From Octopus vulgaris (lineage: Eukaryota), in contig OX597832.1 in assembly GCA_951406725.2 (NCBI GenBank), positions 40,424,001 to 40,488,000 of the forward strand: DNA of 64,000 bases. Reading direction: 5' to 3'. Position numbers and translations under genes: made by a program. Within the stretch, counting starts at the first letter, position 1; the number at the start of each line of letters is the position of its first letter. Shown one piece after another: positions 55,586-64,000 of the stretch. The notes under the pieces are model-generated. The model had not been told where the DNA came from and searched no databases. It saw only the letters and a list, made by a program, of their open reading frames with translations.

Positions 55586-56954
55586 TTTTTTTTTTGTTCT
55601 AACACACCGGCGCTCTGAGTTCAAATCTTTCCAAGGTGACTTCGCCTTTTTCCTCTCTCAGATCAGAGTCAACAAAATAGGTACTAATGCGGGGCGGTTG
55701 ATGAGCGAAAATGTAAGAACGTCAAACTAGACGTCTTGTGGTACGTATTCCGATTCTTTGCACTCTCTGGGTTGAGATCCCAGGCGGCTGGCTTGTGTGG
55801 CACACTTACTCTGTCACCTGCTTTAACACTATTACTTGGGTGTCTTTTTTTGCGAAATCCACTCTGTTGTAAGTATTTGGGCCGGTTTAAGGATACCTCC
55901 CTTCTTTCCTCTAGAAGTGGACGCCTTGTAAAGGGGCGCGAACGCTGTCTTCTCCCCTAACTAAAAGATTAAGATAAAAGAATATATAAAATTCATTTCG
56001 ATAAATAAAATCAGTTATACGGGAATATTTCACATGTTCTCTCGTTCATTAAAAAAAAAAATGACCTCGTATAATAATAATAATAAAGTAAAAGAACGTA
56101 AATAAAAAAAGGATTATAAACCCTGAGCGGTTCTCTCCCCTTAAGCGAAAATTCTTCACTTCTGTTTCTTAGCAAATTCTTTTTCTCTCCGTCTCTTACT
56201 CCGAAAGCAACCGTAGGTAGCAGCACCAACAGTCGCTAGTCAAAATTCCCACGTGTATATATGCGTGTGTGTATATATATATATATAGTGAGAATTTACA
56301 AAAAAACTAAAGATGAAGGCGGGTGTGTAAACAACTAACATGTATTAGTTTAACGCTTGGGAAGTGAGAAAGTCTTTAACGTTTCGAACCTACGCTCTTC
56401 AACAGAAAGGAACACAGAAATAAACAGGGAGAGAAAATAAAAAAATGTATAGTGGCTAGCGATCTATCCTGGTGGAATTTACAGAAAAACAAAAGACAAA
56501 GTCAAGTGTATAAACAACAAGCAGGTGTATTAGTTTGACGCTCTGGAGAAAGTGAGAAAGTTTTATATTTCGAGCCTACGCTCTTCAGCAGAAAGGAGCA
56601 CAAGGAAATATGCAGAGACAATAAAAAAAAATTTGTGGATTTAGCAATCTGTCATTGCAATTTGTATACAATCGTTCACTTGTTTCAGTCATTAGACTAC
56701 AGTAATGAACGAGGCACCACCTTGAAGAATTTTTAGTCGAATGTATCGACCCCAGTCTGGTACTTATTCTATTGGCTTAATGCTTTGGTCAGCCGAAGGC
56801 TATAGTGGAAGACACTTGCCCAAGGTGTCACTGAATCCTGGACCATGTGGTTGGAAAACAAGCTTCTTACCAAACAGACAATTTTTTACTCAGAATATTT
56901 TTTTTCAGATTTCATTATTTTAAACATATACAATTTCTATGACTCTGCAAAACA

Positions 56955-57349
56955 TCTTTATATATAAAAGTGAAGTTGTGTGTCTGTCTCCTACGATTTA
57001 GCTTCCTAACTACTCCCACATTTTGCGGTGCAGTTTAACCAAAACCGGGTATCTTATAGTTGTGATTCATATCGAGCCCTTCTGGGTATTAGCGCATGTC
57101 TACGATGAGTCTACGATTTTAAAAAAAATTTACCATCATTTTTTTCCATTTTAATGCATTTTTTCGCTATTATATAAGGGAAGTAACTCTCTAAAAATGT
57201 CTACGATGAGTCAACGATTTAAAAAAAAATTTACCATCTTTTTTCCATTTTGAATGCATTTTTTTGCTATTTTTTGGCTATAACTCTCTAAAAATGCTTA
57301 TATAGTTATTTCCCTTACAAACCTGAGCAACGCCGGGCGATACTGCTAG
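56955..57349 (+). mobile_element. Non-autonomous Helitron
   Basis: A|TCTTTATATATAAAAG...gagcaacgccgggcgatactgCTAG|T. Confidence 0.9.
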
Positions 57350-58250
57350 TTGTACATAAATCTAAATATTTTCTGCGACAATAGCAGATGATGACGTTGC
57401 CCACAGTGAGTATTAATCTCACGTCAGCAATAGGATGAGCAAGGTCAGATTTGAGAGATTCAAAAGTTTGGGAGGCTGTAGTATTGTTTGACAAGAATAC
57501 GGTATAAAAAATACATAAAACAAGGCTGTAACTTTAAATGCCTTTAATGTTGGCCACACGTATATATACAAGCTGAATGATAAATGGAAATGGTTTGATG
57601 CATGGAGGCCATGATCTGTGCATTGCTTCCTGTCTGCTAATCGCCACATGACATGAGAAAGCCAACAGGTGTGCTACTGCAAAGAAAATACAGTTTCACA
57701 ACTGAAGGAAGTGCAGGAGAAGAGAGAGAGAGTGTGGGAGACTGCAGGATGGAGATGGTGGCAAAATGCTGGGCATACTCACAAGGAACAGGGATCAGCG
57801 TATAAATGAGATGGTTGAGTAAAGGAAGAGAGAGATATAGATAGGGGCAAGTGTTAGGGCATACTCTTGAGGTTCAAATGCCATAATATAGGTGACAGGA
57901 TAATGCGAAGGGAGTGTGATTAAAGAGTGCGAATAAGTGGCGAAAGACCTGGGTATATATAGGGTTGGAGGGGCTACCAGATACCAATGATTCAGAGGGA
58001 CAGGGGTGTGGAGAACAGGATTGGGCAGTGAGAGCTAGGCATAGTGAATGAAGGAGGAAATGTGAGAAAGAGATGTAGGACAAAATAAAAAGGGTAGCTT
58101 ATGAGCAATTGGAACCTAAAGGCAAAATTAATAGATGCAGAGAGTACTGCCTAGCAACACTTTTGCCAAAGAATTAAACTGACTGAAAACTATCGGCCTA
58201 CAAATAATAAGCCCTGGGATTGATTTCCTCAACAACAAAATAACCTTTAA

Positions 58251-58405
58251 CCCTTTAGTGTTCACATTATGAGATTTTGATGAGGTAGCTGTTAATTTTT
58301 AAAACGATATTGTAGGGTTGGTGTGAGAGACCAGATCTGGTCAGTTAGAACATAAAACAGGCAGAATACTTTTGGCCGGATATGGCCAGTTTAAATGCTA
58401 AAGGG
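58251..58405 (-). mobile_element. piggyBac-type MITE inside a SINE tail
   Basis: TTAA-CCCTTTAG...CTAAAGGG-TTAA. Confidence 0.85.
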
Positions 58406-59241
58406 TTAAGGCAGTGCTCCAGCATGGGCGCAGTCAAAAGACTGAAATAAGTTAAAGAATAAAAGAATATAATCTTAAATTAAAAAACTACAAATCTTGC
58501 AAATAACTTGACAACTAGTTTTCAAGTGTTTACTTCCCTGTAACTTGGTGGTTCAGCAAAAGAGACTGATAGGATAGGTACTTGGCTTAAAATTAAGTAC
58601 TGGGGTACTTGGCTTAAGAATAAGTACTGGGTTCAATTCTTCAACGTAGTGCCCCAGTACAGCTGCAGTCTAATGACTGAAACAAGTAAAAGATAAAAGG
58701 TAAGTCTTTGATGTGACACTCCAGGTGTTTTCAGTCTGTTATTGAGAAAAGTCGCTGGTATATTTCAGCTTCAGTGCACAACTTCAAAGGTTTGCAGCTG
58801 TTGATTCATTATACCTTTAGTTAAGTCACAGGTATTTCAGGTAATAAATATAGGTGTACAAATACATACAAGTGTGTATAGCCGTCGGTAATTATCTGCA
58901 CCAGTGGCTTCCTTGCTTGCTGAAATATGTCAGATCTTCAAACTATGAAAAATACATTCTCATACATGACACGTTGGATGTAAGCGGGCAGGAGAATATG
59001 GAAAAAAAAATAATTAAAAGACTAGCTATTTCTAAAATATGTACAAATATGTGTGTTGTTAATACAGAGAGAGAAAGAGAGGCAAGGCAGTACAAATAGT
59101 AGGAATATATTTAACTCAGCACCTAATAGCACAGAATATATATATATTTTATTTAACTGTAGTGCTATATAGGTGACTCATGTCAAAAACAATCCATCTA
59201 AGTCTTATATACATATATATATATATATATATATGTGTGTG

Positions 59242-59278
<37 letters not shown>

Positions 59279-59494
59279 CTAATGTAGGATAAAATTTTTT
59301 TCGAGAAAAAAATTTTATCAATGGCCAGCATATCAAAAAATACCTTTAAAGGTTAAATTTATAAATAATTTACAAAATAAGGGCAAAAGAAAAATTCTAA
59401 TGCCAAATATGCTGAAAAAAGACAAAATTGTCAATAACCATTATAATTTATGCGTCTCGAAACAAACCAATAGAAATTTCTAAAAAATCCGTTA

Positions 59495-59555
59495 TTACCG
59501 TATTGGTCCCAATTTCGGGGTTAATTCATAAGAATTTTCCCCTCTTCAGCGATAA
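59495..59555 (-). ncRNA. Type I hammerhead ribozyme motif
   Basis: Minus strand reads UUAUCG-CUGAAGA-GGGG(AAAAUUCUUAUGAAUUAA)CCCC-GAA-AUUGG(GA)CCAAU-A-CGGUAA. All core nucleotides are present and stems I, II and III pair. Confidence 0.8.
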
Positions 59556-59951
59556 ATACGTGAGATATAAATGAAATACTTACTCAAACCCATGGAAAAA
59601 GCAAGCACTAAGTCCTGAGCAGACCCAAGTACCCCAAATATATCGAAAATAGAAAATATATACATTTAAATTTAAATTTAAAATGAGGGTGAGAAATTAG
59701 ATTTTAATTTAATTAACATCGATTTCACACCAATGGTCTAGCATATAAAAAAAAACTGAAGGTTCAGTAAAATTGTATTGTATACATATTAGAGGGAAAC
59801 CACTATGTGGACACCCTTATGCTAGAAATAGATCTGTTATGGTCTTACCACTAAGAAATGTTCTCAATTTTTCTTAAGAACATTTCTTAGTGGTAAGACC
59901 ATAACGGATCTATTTCTAGCATAAGTGTACCCACATAGTGGTTTCCCTCTA

Positions 59952-59991
<40 letters not shown>

Positions 59992-61579
59992 TCGGTAGTT
60001 CATATATCTCAAAAAGAACTAAAACAGAGTAGTAATATACCTTTTAGGAATTCAAAAGTTGTGGCTGGTCATCATAGAATGACCTTTGGTTTTGGACCTA
60101 TAAAGCTCTTAGCAGTAAATGTGATTCATCAGACTCAAAGAGTATTTGAAGTCTGATGAGTCACTTATATCTCTAAGTGCTTTATAAGTGCAAAGCCAAT
60201 GGTCACTATGACTGGCCATAGCTTTTAACATCTAATATATATATATATATATATATATAGGCGCAGGAGTGGCTGCATGGTAAGTAGCTTGTTTACCAAC
60301 CACATGGTTCCAGGTTCAGTCCCACTGCGTGGCACCTTGGGCAAGTGTCTTCTACTATAGCCTAGGGCCAACCAAAGCCTTGTGAGTGGATTTGGTAGAC
60401 GGAAACTGAAAGAAGCCCGTCGTATATATATATATGTGTATGTGCGCGTTTGTGTGTCTGTGTTTGTCCCCCTAGCATTGCTTGACAACCGATGCTGGTG
60501 TGCTTATGTCCCCGTTACTTAGCGGTTCGGCAAAAGAGACCGATAGAATAAGTACTGGGCTTACAAAAGAATAAGTCCCGGGGTCGAGTTGCTCGATTAA
60601 AGGCGGTGCTCCAGCATGGCCGCAGTCAAATGACTGAAACAAGTAAAAGAGTAAAGAGAATATGGCATGATGTAAGAGCAAGCTTTTGATGCTGGTCCGA
60701 GGAAGTGTCATTCTAATGTTTAAAATCATAAATCATCATCATTATTTAACATCCGTTTTCCATGCCAGCATAAGTTGGACAGTTTGACTGAAAACTGCAC
60801 CAGGTTCCAATCTGATTTTGCATGGTTTCTACACCTGGATGCCCTTCCAAATGCCAAATTTTCACATAAAACTTTTGCATGAACTTGCATACAGAAACAA
60901 TTGTAACTGATCATTAAAGATGTTCCAAAAGTCTGTCTTTGTCTTCTTACTTGCATTATATTTTACTCTTTGCTAAACCCATACAACAGTCTTACCATTG
61001 TGAAACCAGTATATTCTACACCTTTTGTTTTGTTTGGCCACAGAAGCCGTTGATCTCGCCCTGACCGCAGCATCCAGGATGTGAGAAGAAGCAAAGGAGT
61101 CGCTATATAGTTTGACAAAAACACAATGTGATTTGGTGATATTTAGGGACATTTCCATTTTGACCCACCAAACGGATACCTCAATCTTCAGTTTGAGACG
61201 AAAAACTTTAAACTCAGAGAGAACTCAGACTTCGAGTTTACGATCACAAAATAGTCCACAGGCCTCTATGGCCTTTCTTGTTGCCTAAATACTGGTCGCT
61301 TCACGTGTCATAGAGTTGCACCTTAGGCAAGAATTTCGATATTAGTCTGGAATTCAAAAGTGTAGATAGCCTAAAGCTCAAGGGGAGTGCTGCACTGGAA
61401 ATACCCTATTTTTCTACCCTACCAGTACCTTTGTGGTTGTGTGGTATGAAGCTTTCTTCCCAACCACATGGTTCCGGGTTCAGTCCCACTGCGTGGCAAC
61501 TTGGGCAAGTGTCTTCTACTATAGCCTCGGGCCAACCTTATGAGTCTATTTGGTAGACAGAAACTGAAAGAAGCCTGTC

Positions 61580-61619
<40 letters not shown>

Positions 61620-62559
61620 CAAAAACAGATAAAGCAAAGGCTGTGAGGAGTTTTCAGAACATTTAGTGGCTTCCTTGCTTGCTGAAATATGTCAGGACAA
61701 ACAAGGACAGACAAAAGGATTAAGTCGATTATATCGACCCCAGTGCGTAACTGGTATTTATTTAATCGACCTCGAAAGGACGAAAGACAAAGTCGACCTC
61801 GGCTTAATTTGAACTCAGAACGTAGCGGCAGACGAAATACTGCTAAGCATTTCGCCCGGCGTGCTAACGATTCTGCCAGCTCATGGCCATGTGGTGAAGT
61901 TCACTTCTTAAGAACGTGGGTTTAGAGTTCAGTCCCTTACGTACTGCACCTTAGGCAAGTAGAGTAGTCCACCTTGTTTGTGCATCCAATGTGCGGCGTA
62001 TTAGATGGAACATTTTTGCACAATTTTGTAAATATACACTATAGTTTATACACACAGTAGTTGTTTCTTTTATGGTATGTAAAGAAAGTATTATTTGATG
62101 ATGAACATTCTTGTAATAATTTTTATTATTTTATCTTCTAAAAATATTTCGATACTTCATTTTCAACTCATTCCGAAAGTAAAAGTGTATTTTAATTTTT
62201 CTCAGAGTGGTTCCTAAATCAAAAACGGAACAATTGAGGAATAAAAATTAGTGGAACATTAAGGGTGATATTCCCATTGCTTAAGTCAAATCCTACAAAT
62301 ATTTTGTTATTAAATTCATAACTGACGCAAATGGGGTTATTAAATTCCCGAATGTATTGAAAAATAATTGATAAGAGTAAAATCAACAAAAAATATACGA
62401 GATTCAGTTGCTTTTCAGAAAAATTGTGATTTTCTTCATTGCCCTGTGTGTGTGAGAGAGAGAGAGAGAGAATCAGACAGAGAAAGGCCATGCTGGAGCA
62501 ACGCTTTGAAACATTTTAGTCTAGCGAATCGACCCCAGTACTTTCTTTTAAGCCTGGTC

Positions 62560-64000
62560 AATGTCAGAGTCTCTCCAACGTCAGGCTGCATTGCCCAAGC
62601 GATTTGGAGGTCTTGGTCTTCGTAAGTGTTTGTAGAACGACCGTGCGAAAGGAAAGGTGACGAATGAATGACTCCTTTATTACACCGCACGGTCGCCTTA
62701 CAATAAAAGCCAAAAATGGAAGAAATGAATATGAGTGCCAGAAAGGAAAAAGGAAGACGACACAACCGTAGAATGTTAAGAGAAATGGTTTTATTTAGAT
62801 GTTAGCAGAGTGTGTGTCTGTGTGTGCGTCATAAGTACATATATAATAAAAACAATAATAGACAGGCCATCAAGCATACATAATGTGTAGGTATGTACAA
62901 ACAAGGGTGTATGCATGTGTGATAAAATGCAGAGCATAGAAAGAGTCTACAATAGGATGTTAGTTGAATGTTCCATCCGTAGTAAGGTACACAATAGTTG
63001 AAGAAGCTGAGGCAAAAAGGACAGAGCCAGTTACTGCATGTGTTGTGTAAGAGGTTGTGGCTACAATGCCACTGTCGGGTTACTTGATACAGGAAGATTT
63101 CACAGGTAGTTCTGGCTGTTAACCTTGGTGAAGTGTTCACAAACAGCATAGAGCTAAACCTTGGTGAATGTTGCTGTGTACGTAGAGATGTTGTTGGCAC
63201 CGATAAGACGAAAGCGACGGAGATGGAGGTCCTGAATACTGCTGGACGAACGAGTAGATTCTCCAAGTTGTTCCTGGTGTAGTCGCTGGAACTGACTGTG
63301 TCGCTCTGTGGTCAGTAGTCTAGAACCAAAGACGCTCGACTCGATAAATCGCTGTTTTTATAGCAAATTATAGGCTCAAACAGAGCTTTAGGAAAACTGT
63401 GTCACGGGACCTTATCAGAAGGTTGTGATTAGTTGGGTTGCATATTGGTGCATAATAGAACAAGAGATAAACTGCGCCAAAACCAACCAATCAGAGTAGT
63501 GGACACAACAGGGCCCAAGCGGCCGAAGGTTAGCTGTTATCTGCTACGTCCGTATTTATGTTATATATAACAGAGAGAGAGAATTTCACTAAGCGTACGC
63601 TACATGTTCGTCCCTCTCTCCCCTGGTTCCTTTCCTCCACCCACCCTGGTGAGCAACATCCTCTCCTCTCCAACATGGACCAGTTTCAACGGGGCGTTGG
63701 ATGAAGCTCTGCAACACTAGAGGGAATTGGACTTGTCTGCTCCTGAGAGGGTGGAGGACAGTCGGTGTCAGAGAGTTTGGGATAACATAATTTTGATGGC
63801 CACCTTCGGCTCCTTCTTCATCCAGTCAGACCAGTCTTCAAGGTGCCGCTTACTGTCTGCTAGAGCCAAATACTCGGGTGCCTCGATTGATGCCATCCCT
63901 GTGGCTAATGTTGGTGGCCTACTCAGCTTGGACAAACTTCATGTCTCCATTGCCCTCAGAGTGAGAGCTGACGTATGCACAGGTTTAATCTGTCGTTGTG
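62560..64000 (+). mobile_element. CRE-clade non-LTR retrotransposon fragment interrupted by the solo LTR
   Basis: QRQAALPKRFGGLGLRK before the LTR. After it: QRVWD...RCRLLSARAKYSGASIDAIP...VSIALRVRADVC...CRC, leading to the zinc knuckle. Confidence 0.75.
62631..63604 (-). mobile_element. Solo LTR (Gypsy-like, 974 bp)
   Basis: TGTAG...CTACA termini with 4-bp TSD TGTT (62627-62630 and 63605-63608). Minus-strand TATAAAAA near 63360 and AATAAA near 62790 suggest the orientation. Confidence 0.8.

Noticed and set aside
60150-60165. CTGATGAG as a hammerhead core
   Set aside because: No downstream stem II plus GAAA; it is one arm of the fold-back.

Overview
AT-rich, repeat-saturated animal genomic DNA. 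The SINE, RTE and Helitron repertoire is what I recall from Octopus/coleoid cephalopod genomes; this is inference, with no database check. One host gene can be built by hand: four phase-compatible minus-strand GT-AG exons (33071-33152, 10875-11159, 2474-2591, 1-144). They encode a signal peptide, an Ig-like domain and the start of a cytokine-receptor FN3 module (gp130/LIFR/Domeless-like), and the gene runs off the left edge. The rest is intron or upstream DNA filled with tRNA-derived SINEs, decayed LINEs (RTE, R4/Dong-like, CRE, Tx1-like, Penelope-like), Helitrons, mariner/Tc1, hAT, piggyBac-type MITEs, a solo LTR, micro/minisatellites and many inverted repeats. Most of the supplied ORFs are microsatellite or SINE artefacts. 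The strongest unannotated signals are a complete type I hammerhead ribozyme fold at 59495-59555 (-), a family of variant minimal hammerhead-like motifs with one tandem pair, the atypical cysteine pattern of the receptor, and a ~550-bp palindrome of two head-to-head Helitron-like 5' ends. Repeat boundaries are approximate unless a TSD or terminus is quoted.
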